Source: the human T2T-CHM13v2.0 reference genome, Homo sapiens. Taken from it: DNA of 64,000 nucleotides. Location: assembly GCF_009914755.1 (NCBI RefSeq), contig NC_060935.1; one strand, 5' to 3'. A program made the position numbers and the translations under genes. A model generated the notes under the pieces. It saw only the letters and a list, made by a program, of their open reading frames with translations. It was not told the DNA's origin and made no database searches. How positions within the stretch are numbered: the first letter of the stretch is position 1; each line of letters opens with the position of its first letter. This document shows, piece after piece, positions 13,325 through 25,669 of the stretch.

Positions 13325-13660
13325 ATACTTCTCTAGTGTCTTGAACATAGCCTGGTGTATAGAAAATGTTTAATGTTGATGGGTGGATGAATGAATAGGA
13401 AGAAGTGAGAAAAGAATGAATAGTAGATGAGCGGGACTAGAATGGTCTTCCAATGTTAAAAAGATCTGAATTCAAATATCAGTTCTGCAAAATAAAAGCT
13501 TTGTGACTTTAGGTAAATTATTTCTCTGATTCTTATTTCCTCATCTTTAAAATAGAAAATAATCTTGCTTTTATAAGGGGGAGAGAAGGATTAAAGATAA
13601 TAACATACTGAAAGTGTCAAGTACCCCAAAAGTACCCAACTTATGGCAAATGACAATAGC
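13325..13660 (+). mobile_element. L2 3' end followed by MIR
   Basis: cctggtgtatag...gaatgaat L2 tail; MIR core tgtgactttaggtaaatta...tttcctcatctttaaaatag. Confidence 0.7.
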
Positions 13661-14879
13661 TGTTAGTTTTCTTTCTTCCTTCTGTACTCTTTTCATAAGA
13701 CAACCACAGAGTATTGTGTCTCACACTTCACCAGCAAGCATGAAGTGGGTAGTGGGCTGGAGAGGGAGGTTACAACCACTGGGTGGTGAAAAGTCCCAGT
13801 TTCAGACCTAGGACAGAATTTGCAGAAATACATGAAAACAGAAACAGAAGGCAGGACTCTGTTTGGCGCATGATAGTGTAAATAAGACAGTGCTCTAAAT
13901 AAAAACCTGGAGACCTAAAGCTAGACTTTTAGGCCTCCTCAAAGTTTATCATTCATTGCTTGATAGAATCACTTTCTGCTTGATCCCGTATTTTTAAACC
14001 ATCTTTCTATCTATATTAAAGACACTCGTAATAAAGTGTATAGCTCTTAAATCTTTAGATGAGCATAGTTTACTATGCAACCTAGCCTCACTGACTTCAC
14101 TCGCCTAAAATCCTTGTAGAATTTACTAAAAATGTCTAAGCATAATGTGAAAACCCTTTAAATTAAATAATACAGTGCTTTTTCCTATAAATGAGTGCTG
14201 CCCCATGGGCTAATATGTATCTTCCTATTCAGTGCAAAGCGGTTACCACCCCCTCTACTACCAAGGCTGAGCAGATGAACCTAGTAGAGCTTTGCTGGGT
14301 GTGGTGGTCGTGATCACGGTAAAAATCTACCCTTTATCTTTCCCACATGCCACAATACATGTGGGCTTTGAGAGAGTAACTCTTGCTCCAAAGATGAAGC
14401 TAATTATTCTTAACCAGGGCTTCTACAAAAGTCCCTCATAGGTAGATATGTGGACATTTTGGAAATGACACCCTACGAGAAAACATTACCAAAACTTCTT
14501 TCTTAGTTGTGTCAGTCCCCTCATTATTCCACTCTCAAGGCTGGTGAAATCACAATGCTCATATAATTAATAAACTATACTATACTATGCTGTACTATAT
14601 TATAATTATTTATATTAATATGTTATATATTATATCATATAATGTTGATACAATTCTCCCTCTACTGGGCCTACTCAATACATGTACATTATTACTAATA
14701 TTATTAGCAGTAGTAGTAGCAGTATTTTACCTCATAATTTACATACATCATTTAATTTAGCCTTTGCAACTATCTTGTCAGAAAGCCTCAAACATAATAT
14801 TCTTGTTTCATGTTTTCTTGGAATATCATGGTTTTCAGGTATAATATGAATTATCTTACTTTTTTGACAGCAAATGTAA

Positions 14880-15022
14880 TATTTTATCCTTTAATTAGGT
14901 GAGGGGACTGAGGCTCAAAAAAATAAAATAATTTTCCCAAAGCCACATAGCTAGTGAGTGTCAGACTAGAATATGATACCAGTTATTTGGAATTCTAATT
15001 TATATTCTTCCCTCAACACTAC
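14880..15022 (-). mobile_element. MIR
   Basis: gaggggactgaggctca...cccaaagccacatagctagtgagtg. Confidence 0.75.
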
Positions 15023-15448
15023 ATGGGTGAAAGAATAATGGAAGACTTTCAAATATTGAAAGAAACGAGTTAGACAAAGTATAAAATATTGTTAGATGGT
15101 GGTAAGAGAAAAATAGAGTTTAACTTAATATCGCAGACGAGCAGTTCTCAGTGTGGTTGCTCATCACCTAAACAAACTTCCAGAGATAACTTAGCAGAAC
15201 ATCTATCCAGCTTCTGTATTTGAAAGGTTAGATTTTCTACCTTATAATTTGATTGAGTAAACAGGACCATTCTCTTGTCATCTACGCTTTGCGATTTGTT
15301 TGACAAAATGAGAGTCACTTATTTTTACTGCACGTAATATGAGGAGAGACTGATGTGTTCCTGTAAGAGGGTCACCAGAAAGGAAGACCAAGAACAGGGA
15401 AGGATGGAGGAAATGGGGGAAAAGGGAAGATGAACTTGAAGAAATGGG

Positions 15449-15944
15449 GTATAATGGACTGAATAACATCCCCCGAAGATGTCCATATACTCATGCCTGG
15501 AACCTGTGAATGTGCTACTTAATGAAAGGATTTTGTAAATATGATTAAAGTAAGGATCTTGAAGTGTCAAATTATGCTGGATTATCCAGGTGGTCTCCAG
15601 GTAATCACAAGGGTCTTTATAAAAGGGAAGCAGAAAAATCAGAAGGAAAAAATATAAGGAAATAAACAAAGGTCATAGAGGAGAGAAGATGCTATACTCC
15701 TGGCTTTGAAGATGGAGGAAGTGGTCACAATCAAAGAATTCTGGCTCATGCGTACCTAGAAGTTTGAAAAGGTGAAGTAAGGGTGTCTCCCTCCCTAGAG
15801 TCTCCCATAGGAACCCAGACGCTTAATTTTAGCCCAGTGAAACTGATTTTGGACTTCTGACTTCAAAACCGTGAGATGAAATATGTTGCCTGAAGCCACT
15901 AACTTTGTGGTGATTTGTTAGATCAGCAATGGGAAGCTAATACA
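15449..15944 (+). mobile_element. MaLR LTR, MLT1D-like
   Basis: ctggaacctgtgaatgtg...ggattatccaggtgg...ctggctttgaagatggagg...gctaataca. Confidence 0.85.
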
Positions 15945-17989
15945 TGATCAAGAAAGGAGGACATGAAGAAAAGAGAAGGTAGAGAAGAAAAGAAGGAAAA
16001 GAGAAGGAAGGAAGAAAAGAAGAGAGAGATTGAGAAATTGTGAGAGTCCGCAGACTTGGAAAACCAGTCAGGGTAAATATATGACAGAAAGAGGAAGGGG
16101 ATTTGTAGTCACTAGAATTTCTCTCAGGAGAATATTGCATGTGTCAGGTTATATCTCAGGGACTATGTTGGTGCAACAGCAGATGGCCCCTAATCTTTAT
16201 CTTTTTAGTCTTGGAAAGAAGGAAACAGAGAGGCAGTTACAGATACACTGAATAAATATTCACAATAAATTATTTGTTAGCCTTTGCAATAGAAAATATT
16301 ATCAATTTTATAGAAGAGAATTCGGAGTCTCAGAAAGTATGAATGAACAATGGAGTCAGTATTCCAAACCAGATTGATCTTCCTCTAGAATGAGGAGTTA
16401 AAGTAACTGAAAAGGAGAAAAGTAGGAAGGACAAGGATAACCAGAGCAGGGAGAGTGTGGGGCATAGGGGATCAGGGTGGGAAGACAGATAGAGAATAAA
16501 TGGCTTAGAGTTACTGATGTGCTTGCTAGAATTTTGAGGACAGAGATAAGCAGCAAACAAATATCAAGATTTCTGGGCCTCTATATGTACATTAATTTGT
16601 GGCAAGTTCTCTGGCAAGCACTAATACTACTCCATGGGCAATATCTTTCCAATAGAGACTCTTCCGGTACCATTGCTTTCCATGGCATTGCTTTATTCTT
16701 CATTCACTTCTCTTTATAAACATGTTTATCAGGCACAAATAAGTCAATCCTACTTTGACTCTATTTTTACCTTTCTATCATAACTGAAATGAGCTGAATT
16801 CTATTATTGATTTTAGCTGCTTTCTGGAGTCTTGGCTCTGCCTCTGTGATGTATACTTATCGACAGAACTACCTTTTACCAAACCTGCTTTTCATTTTTT
16901 CTTGTCTCTGTTCATTCCATTTCAGTAAATGTATATTGAACTCCTACCGTGTGCCATATAGTGGGCAAGGTGGTGGAACTTAAACTAATTGGGATAATAG
17001 GTAGTTAGTTATGGAAGCTCCTCTGATCCCCAAGCCAAAATATGAAGAGCTGATTTGTGCTCACAGAATGACTTCGACATGCCCAGAATGGAAGAGGGTC
17101 ACAGCAAGGAGCATTCAACTGAACATAGAGAGTCAGGAAAGCTTCTGGCATGGGCTGGATTTTGCTGTGGAGACTTGGTCAAGTTGGAGGCTATGTTTTA
17201 CCAAACACCTTTCCCTATAGAGTTCTAGGGTAGAGTTGGATAAATGAGAAACATGCAAAATATTTGGGAGGCAGAAGTAAATCTGTGGCCATTGCCTTGG
17301 AAGGTATTTGAAATCAGTTATGATGATGGTTGAATACAGACATAACTGGGTGGAGCCAACCTGTTCTTGCTCTTCTCTGGTTTGCATCCAGCTCAGCTTT
17401 CTGAATGCTGGTTGTCCAGATGAACAGAAATCCAGGCCCACTACCACATGCTTGGCAGCAGACCAGAAGATATTTTAGCTCTGTAGCTAATTGGGATAAT
17501 ACCTCTCAGGGTAAATTTTAGAGTTCAGTGGGCACCATAGTAGCCAAACAGTGATCCAAATTGTTATTTCATCTTTAAAGACTAACATTTTGTCTCCACG
17601 AGGCAGTTTTAATCTCAGTGTTTAGATCTTGGGGGACATTAGATACAAGACAGAAAAATTAAAATGCCATAAAGAAGGAAAGAATCCATTGTAATGGGAG
17701 AGTCTTCTAGGCAAAACTTAATCTAAAAGTCATTTAACCTTTAGCTAAAAACCAAATCTACTTTAGGATAGTCACAACAACTATTCATAGGCTTTTCTGG
17801 AAATTGTAAGTAGAAGACATTGGTGGAGCTTCCTGACATTCAAGAATTGGACTTTATGATTATCTCAAAATTGCACAGATGTGGGTAATAAATAACAATT
17901 GGGAGATTTGGTAATAACCAGAGAACTAGAACCATAATTGAAAGTCTGAAATTGAGAAAGACAGCCTCTGCATTTTATGACTATGAACA

Positions 17990-18210
17990 CTTAATATTTA
18001 ACTAGTGCTTACCCTGTATCAGATACTATTCTGTGTGTTTTAAATGTATCAATTAATTGAATTACCATGGACTCTTAACAGGTAAGTGAAATTTTTACGT
18101 TTATACCACAGATGAAGAAACTAAGATCCAGAGAGTTAAATCACTTGCCTCAACTCAGTGAGCTAGTAAACGGCAGAGATAAGATCCAAACCCAAGTCAC
18201 CTGGCCCTAA
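17990..18210 (-). mobile_element. MIR
   Basis: cagatgaagaaactaagatccagagagttaaatcacttgcctcaa. Confidence 0.8.
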
Positions 18211-18365
18211 TCTGAGTGACACTATGTATTGTCTCACACTTTATGAAACAGAATACTTAAGAGTTATGAACAAAGATGCTGAAACCCTTCACAGTTGATA
18301 TGTCAAGATTGATACATGGAAATGATCAGTATCACATAGAATATCTTGAAATGTGGAACATTATG

Positions 18366-18789
18366 TTCTATAGCTTGGATATGAGTGTCCCTGAAAATCT
18401 CATGTTGGAGTTTGATCCCCAGTGCTGGAGTTGAAGCCTAATGGGAGGTGTTTGGGTCATGGGGGCAAATCCTTCATGAATGACTTGATTCCATCTTTGA
18501 GGTAGTGAGTGAGTTCTCATTCTATTGGTTCCCACAAGAGCTGTTGTTAAAATGAGCCTGGCACCTCTTTCCTCTTTCTCTTGCTTCCTCTCTCACCATG
18601 TGATCTGTGCACGTCAGCTCCTGTTCACCTTCCAGCATGAGTGGAAGCAGCCTGAAGCCCTCAACAGAAGCAGATGTTAGTGCTATGCTTCTTGTCAAGC
18701 CTGAAAAACCATGAGCCAATAAACTTCTTTTCTTTATGAATTACCCAGCTTCAAGTATTCTTTTACAGCAACACAAATGGACTAAGACA
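18366..18789 (+). mobile_element. MaLR solo LTR, MSTB-like
   Basis: MST motifs ending ggactaagaca; 5-bp TSD ttatg at 18361-18365 and 18790-18794. Confidence 0.9.
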
Positions 18790-18861
18790 TTATGTGACAA
18801 AGAATGTGGCAACAGAAATGAAAATGAAAGGTGATCCAGATCAGGGCTAAAATGATAAGGA

Positions 18862-18867
<6 letters not shown>

Positions 18868-18912
<45 letters not shown>

Positions 18913-18927
18913 AGAGAGAGAGAGAGA
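18868..18927 (+). repeat. (GA)n microsatellite
   Basis: About 28 GA units with one interruption. Confidence 0.97.
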
Positions 18928-19060
18928 ATGAGAATAAACAAAAAAGGGATAATTTAATTTGGAGGATAGACACACAACTAGGCCATATACTCCTAGCACA
19001 GGATTTCCCTGCTACTGAATAGATCCAACTGAGGAAGGATGCTAGTTGTTGGGGACATAA

Positions 19061-19414
19061 TTGTTGGTACCCTGCCCCCATCCTCTCTTCTGGCTGGTGT
19101 ACCATCCCAGCTGCTTTGAGTGTTGCCTCCTTCTCAGGAGAATTACCTCCCACAAGACAGGAAGGCCTGTTTCATTCCTACCTTCTTCAGGTCTGTATGC
19201 TGTCACCAATGTCTAACTGCCTAGATGGTAACAAAGGCCACTCCCTGGCCCAAAGGTGAAACCAAGACTGGAACTGTTTGTGCTCCAGAGATTCCCACAA
19301 AAAACAGACTGCCGTGACTTTCTAGCTGAGAACTTGCTCTTGATTCACTTTTTCTACTGCCTTATCCTGTTATCTTATTCTGGTATCAGAATCTAGGGAG
19401 CAAAACCATAAAAC
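19061..19414 (+). mobile_element. ERVL LTR, LTR16-like
   Basis: accatcccagctgct...tgtgctccagagattccc... resembles the recalled LTR16 consensus. Confidence 0.5.
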
Positions 19415-19539
19415 AAACCATTTTAAATGTCACTATCATCATCACTTATATTTTTGTGGCAAACTGTCCTTTACTGCTGTCTGCTGAATGATCATCTGCT
19501 CTCTCATCAACCAAATCACAAGGTCAGCTACTACTTTTC

Positions 19540-19770
19540 AGATGACTTATTATACTCCAGGCACTGGGATAAGCGTTTAACATCTATCTCATTTAATCTT
19601 CCTAACACTCATGTGGTGAGTATTATTATCCTAAACTTAAATATTAGAAAACTGAGATTCAGAGAAATTAAATGAGCACTCATAGTTTCTTGGTCAGTAT
19701 TCCTTGAGAGCCTGAATAAGAACCCGGCTCACTCACCCCAAATTACTGCTCTGCTTACTCTACTATAGTG
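19540..19770 (-). mobile_element. MIR
   Basis: ccaggcactggg...ctcatttaatcttc...gaaaactgagattcagagaaattaa. Confidence 0.75.
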
Positions 19771-21518
19771 CATCTGTATCCTGTAAACAGGTCTGCATTA
19801 ACACAAGTATCAAATCATTTTGGAAAATGCAATAATTTTATAGTTATTGGATAAATCACAGCAGCAGGTGGAGTGCTATTGTTGAAAAAGTATATTTTAG
19901 GTCTGTAGTCCTCGTTTTTACTATATTCAAGTATTTGTGAAGTTTTGAACTGAAAAAAATAACTTTAGGGTTCTTTCAAGAGTATCCCAATAATAACATT
20001 GTAATTGTTTGTTTGTATTCCCTTATGTTTTCTTCAGTTGGAGACATCCCATCTACACAACACAGCCCAAATGATCAGCTGCATTCCTGCAGAGCCATCT
20101 CTTCAGTATATACAAATGAAGGAGATGAGCAGTATTATTTTATTACCACATTCACAAAAGGGTATGCCTGTTGCCAATCAAAGCAACTCAACTAAGCTAA
20201 CACTTACAAAAGTTCTATAGATATGTTAAAAGTCAGAAAATTCTAAAATTCATTATAATGTGTCTAATTTATAAAACCCATTATAACTCTTACAATAAAA
20301 TAAATTATATTCATACTTATGCTTAAATTATGTAATATTGTTCATCTTAATATTACCTGTAGAATAGAAGTCTGGAAACATATAAGATGTTTTTAAAATT
20401 AATACTATTTAGTTTAGTCATAATATTATCTAGCCTTTTAAAGTAAATACTTAGTTGGGACTGATTTTATTATTCACATGCTCACAACAAATCTTTTTTA
20501 TGAGCACCTCATTAAAGAGAAAATATTTTTGTGGGGCTGTTTACTGTACTTCCTTTCAAAAGCTTTCACAGTTCTGTGAAAATATCTGTATATGCCCACA
20601 ATGTCAGACACACGGATATCATCCACTGTGACTCATCGTGAAAATGGCTCAGAATCACTGGAACAGACTTAAACAAAACTAATATAGGTCTTATGTTTGT
20701 GATGCAGATATTCATGTCCATTTTCATTCTTAATTCAAATTTTAAGAAATTCTTTTTGTCAAATAAAAAAAAAATCATTTCAGAGTCTACACACATTTCT
20801 CATCAGGGGTCCGTGACTTTTCCTTACTGTGGCCTTTGGCTTTTCTGGCCATACTAAATTTGTTTCTTTATTCTTGTTTTTAGTTCGGTGTTTCTAAGCT
20901 AAAATAGCTCCTATTTGTATTATCAACTAATGTGTGACATTAAGAAGATGCCCACATAAATTGGAGCAGGAAAGTGATAACTCAAGCAAGGATAGAACAC
21001 AATTGCTTCTGTCCTCTGCCCAAGCGAATTTTTAATAGAAATAGACTTATATTCTGGGATTGGAAGAGGAAAGAGGGGGTTGAAAGTGACAACCTTATCA
21101 TCATATGGGACTTAGTCTGGTGTTTGTGTATGGAATAACTATCATTGTACATTTGTGCATTATGTTCAGACCAAATGAAAACCATATTTTTTCATTTGCA
21201 GTGCAATATTTAATCCTGCATCTTATGCAATTGAATTTTTTATATCACACATAGCATTATGTTGTGTTTTAGTATGTCATGCAAAATGTTAAAATATTTT
21301 TATAGCCATATTTTATGTACAAACTATTCCATTTGTTTCAAACTTTAATCTGGATGCAAACACTGGGTTTAATATGTAATATGTAAAAATTAAAGCAAAC
21401 AAATTTGAGAAAATTATTTTTATGTTTAGTTGATTTCACCTGAGGGTCTAAACATGATTCAAGTTTGTTGTTAGTCTGTTTGTCAAAGCATGTCATTGTA
21501 TATTCTGATTGCCTCCAG

Positions 21519-21641
21519 GACAAGCTGTGAAATGCCTAGATTCCAGAGCAACAGACTGTGATCCATTCCCAACAACCCCTCCCTACCGTCTGCCACCAGT
21601 TCCCTTAAAGCAGGAATCAGAGCTAGACTGACTCAACTAAG
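21519..21641 (+). other. Candidate 123-nt non-coding exon
   Basis: ctgattgcctccAG acceptor; AAG|GTAAGA donor; GC-richer than flanks; stops in all three frames. Confidence 0.45.
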
Positions 21642-22591
21642 GTAAGAAGTGAGGCTTCATGTGAAAAAGACTACAGCTACAAAACAAATTCTCAAATATA
21701 TGTTACGTGATAAGATTTTGAACTTGACCCAGAAGTTTGTGGTGTACACACAAATACAAATACACATGCACACAGTCATATACCTATGTTTAAAATTCTT
21801 TTTAGTGCTTTCCAGTTAAAAGCATAAATTAGTCCATAAAAAGCTTGCATATTTTAAAGTATAATTTTATAAAAATATAAATATAGAAAAGTAGTGTGTC
21901 ATAAGTATGTAGATAAATGATTTTCCACAAAATATAATGGAACATTATCAATATCCTGGAAAAATGCTTTATTCTCTCTCCTAGCTACTACATTTTCCCT
22001 GTGGCTAACAAATATTCTAACTGCTAACACCATGAATTAGGGTTGACTGTTTTTGAAATTTATATAAGTAGAAGCATATAATATATGCTGCATTTTTGTT
22101 GCCTAACATTCTGTGAATTTTTTCCATGACTTCTGCGTAGCAATGGTTTACCTATTTTCATTACATTCCACTGAATGAACATACCCCATATTAACCATTC
22201 TATTACTGATACTGATTATTGTTTCCACCGTTGACTATTACAAATAATGCTACCTGTATTTTAGTGAATATATGTACATATTTTTGTTGGATATATATAC
22301 ATCAAAGAACAGAACTCCAGAGTCATAGGCTCAGCTTTATAATATAGTGGTTAATACTTTACCAAATTGGTTGTATGAATTTACATTTCTACCAACAGTA
22401 TCTGAGAGTTCTATTTACCTGCTGTCTTCACTGACACTTGTTTGTCATTCATTTTTGCCATTCTGGTGTGCATTTAGTAGTAAGCCATTGAATACATTAT
22501 CATATGCATATTGGCCATTGAAATACCCTTTTCCGTTTCCCATGAAGAGACTATTCAGCTTTTTGTCCATTTTTAAATTGGATTTTTTCCT

Positions 22592-24075
22592 ATAGACTAT
22601 ATTTTTAGAGCAATTTTAGGTACACAACAATTGAGTGGAAAGTATGAATAGTTCCCATATGCTTTCTCGTCTCACATACGCACAGCCTCCCCCACCATCA
22701 ACATCCTGCACCTGGGTAGTACATTTGTTACAACTGATACCAACACTGACATGTCATTATAAATTAAAGTCCAAAGTTTACATTAGCGTTCACTCTTAAT
22801 TTACGTTCTATGGGTTTTGACAAATGTGTAGTGATATATATCCACTATTATGGTATCAGAAAAGTTTCACTGCCCTAAAAATCCCCTGTGCTATACCTAT
22901 TCATTCCTCCCTGCCCTCTAACCCTGGAAATCACTGATTACTGTCTCCATAGTTTTACCTTTTCTAGGATATCATATGGTTGGAATCTTTTATTTCATTT
23001 TACTTAATAGTATTTAGCCTTTTCAGATTTGCTTCTTTCATTTAGTAATATGCATTTAAGGTTGTTTCACAACTCTTTGTGGTTTGATAGCTCAGAACTT
23101 TTAATGCTAGATAATATTCTGTTGCATGAATGTGTCCCAGATTATTTATCCATTCACCCTCTAAAGGACGTATTGTTTACTTCCAAGTTTTGGCAATTAT
23201 GAATGAGGCTGCTATAAACATTTATGTGTGACTTGTGTATGGATGTAAGTTTTCAACTCATTTCCACAAATAATTTGAACACAATTACTGAATCGCATAG
23301 TAAAAATATGATTAGTTTTGTAAGAACCTCCAGATTGTCTTCCATCATAGTTGTGCAACTTTGTATTCCCACAAAAAATGAGAGTTCCTGTTCCTCCACA
23401 TTCTCATTAGCACCTGGTGTCAATGTTTTCAATTTTTGACAGTCTAACAGGTACGTAATAATATCTCATGGTTGTGTCAATTTGCAATCCCTTAGTAATA
23501 TATGATGTTGAGCATCTTTTCATATGCTTACTTGTTATCTGTATATCTTCTTTGATAAGGTATCTATTCAGATATTTTACCCAGTTTTAATATTTGTTTT
23601 CTTATTATTGGGTTAAAACTTAAGGCTTCTTTGCATATTTTGGATAACAGTCCCTCATCAAATATGTCTTTTGCAAATATTTTCTTTCAGTCTCTGGCTT
23701 GTTTTCTCATTCTCTTGACAGTATTTTTTGCAGAGCAGAAGTTGTTATTATTTAGTGATGAGGTTCAACTTATCAATTATTTCATTCATGGATTATGCCA
23801 CTGGTGTTGTATCTAAAAAGTAATCACCAAACCCAACCCAAAGTCATCTAGATTTTCTCCTATGTTATGTTCTGGGAGTTTCATAACTTTGCATTTACAT
23901 TTAAGACTATAATCCATTTTGAATTAATTTTCTGCAATGGGAATAAAGTCTGTGTCTAGATTTTGTTTTGCATGTGGACATCCAGTTGTCCTGGCACCAT
24001 TTATGGAAAAAAATATCCTTTTTCCATTGAATTGTTTTTGCTTCTTTGTCAAAGATCAGTTGACTCAATTTGTAT
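22592..24075 (-). mobile_element. L1MC1/2-like 3' portion
   Basis: tttttagagcaattttagg...gtacatttgttacaa...gtttacattagcgttcactct 3' UTR signature, then ORF2. Confidence 0.85.
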
Positions 24076-24164
24076 TATATTTCTTTCTTAACTCTCTGTT
24101 ATAAATTTGGTTTAAAATTGAATATGTTTACTTTTCTTTCTTATTGATTTGCCAGTGTATAGGG

Positions 24165-24211
24165 GTGTGTGTGTGTGTGTATATATGTGTGTGTGTGTAT
24201 ATATATGTATA

Positions 24212-24263
<52 letters not shown>
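24165..24263 (+). repeat. Compound (TG)n/(TA)n microsatellite
   Basis: Ends in a pure (TA)19 run at 24226-24263. Confidence 0.97.
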
Positions 24264-24264
<1 letters not shown>

Positions 24265-24587
24265 TCTGCATAATAGTTCTTTGTCAGGTCTACATATGAC
24301 AGATATCTCAATCTGTGGTTTCCCTTTTTATTTTCTTTGTGTTACTTTTTGATGAACAGAAGTTACAAATATAATTAAGTCCAATTCGACAATATTCTTT
24401 ATGTGAATGCTTCTTGGTCCTGTTAAATGAATCTTTCCCTACTCCTTGTTCATAGAGAAATTTTTTTATGTTTACTTCTATTTTTTCACCATTTGCATTA
24501 TGATCTATGACCTATCTAGAATCAGTTATTGCACATTGTTCATATTGTGTGAAGTACCATTGTTTCACTTATTAAAATACTGATATC

Positions 24588-25669
24588 AACAACAAAGGAA
24601 ACAATAAAGTGAAGAGAAAATCACAGAATGGGAGAAAATATTTGCAAGCCATACATCTGATAATACCCCAAATATATAAAGCACCGAAACAATTCAGTAT
24701 CAAGAAAACAAATAACTCAATTAAAAAATGGGCAAAGGACCTGAACAGATACCTTTTAAAGACATAGAAATGGCTTACAGGAAGGGGAACATCACACACC
24801 GGGGCCTGTTGTGGGGTCGGGGGAGAGGGGAGGGATAGCATTAGGAGGTATACCTAATGTAAATGATGAGTTAATGGGTGCAGCACACCAACATGGCATA
24901 TGTATACATATGTAACAAACCTGCACGTTGTGCACATGTACCCTAGAACTTAAAGTATAATAAAATATATATATAAAATAATAAAATAAAATAAAATAAA
25001 TTAAAAAATGCTCAGCATCCATAATCGTTAGGGAAATGCAAATTAAATCCACAAAGAGATATCACCTTACATCTGTTAAAAATACCTTTTATCAAAAAGA
25101 TAAAAGATAAGCATTAGTGAAGATGAGGAGAAAAGGGGGAACCCTTGCAGGTTGCTGGTGGGAATGTAAATTAATACAACCATTGTGGGAAATGGTATGG
25201 GGGTTCCTCAAAAAATTAAAAATAGAACTACCATATGGTCCAGTCATCCCACTTCTGGGTATATATTCAAAGGAGTTGAAATCAATATGTTGAAGGGATA
25301 CTTATACTGCCATACTTATTTCAGCATTATTCACAATAACCAAGATATGGATCTGTTGTTGATCAAAGATTACAAAGTTTCAGATAGACAGGAGGAATAA
25401 TCTTTTAGATCTTGTGCACTGTAGGGTGACTCTAGTCAATAATAATGTATATTTTAAAATAATTCAGAGAGTAAGTTTTAAATGTCTTAGAATAAAAAAT
25501 GATAGGTAAGTTAAGTGGTGGATTGGTTAATTAGCTTGATTCAATCATTCCACATTATATACATATATACAATATATAAAACATTATATTGCAGTCCACA
25601 AATGTATGCAATTATGATTTATCAATTAAAAATAAAATTAATTATAAGTAAAGGTGAGAAAAATAAAAT
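24588..25669 (+). mobile_element. L1MA-like 3' fragment with TSD
   Basis: ORF2 end plus L1MA 3' UTR; TSD aaaatactgatatc (24574-24587) / aaaatattgatatc (25670-25683). Confidence 0.85.
24779..25007 (+). mobile_element. L1PA (L1PA4-like) 3' end nested in the L1MA
   Basis: ggaaggggaacatcacacaccggggcctgttgtgggg...accctagaacttaaagtataat plus A-rich tail. Confidence 0.93.

Noticed and set aside
16985-17501. 15-bp direct repeat ctaattgggataata about 500 bp apart, a possible TSD of a retrocopy
   Set aside because: No poly-A or poly-T at either inner end, and the interior looks like old L2 and LTR33-like fragments; probably chance
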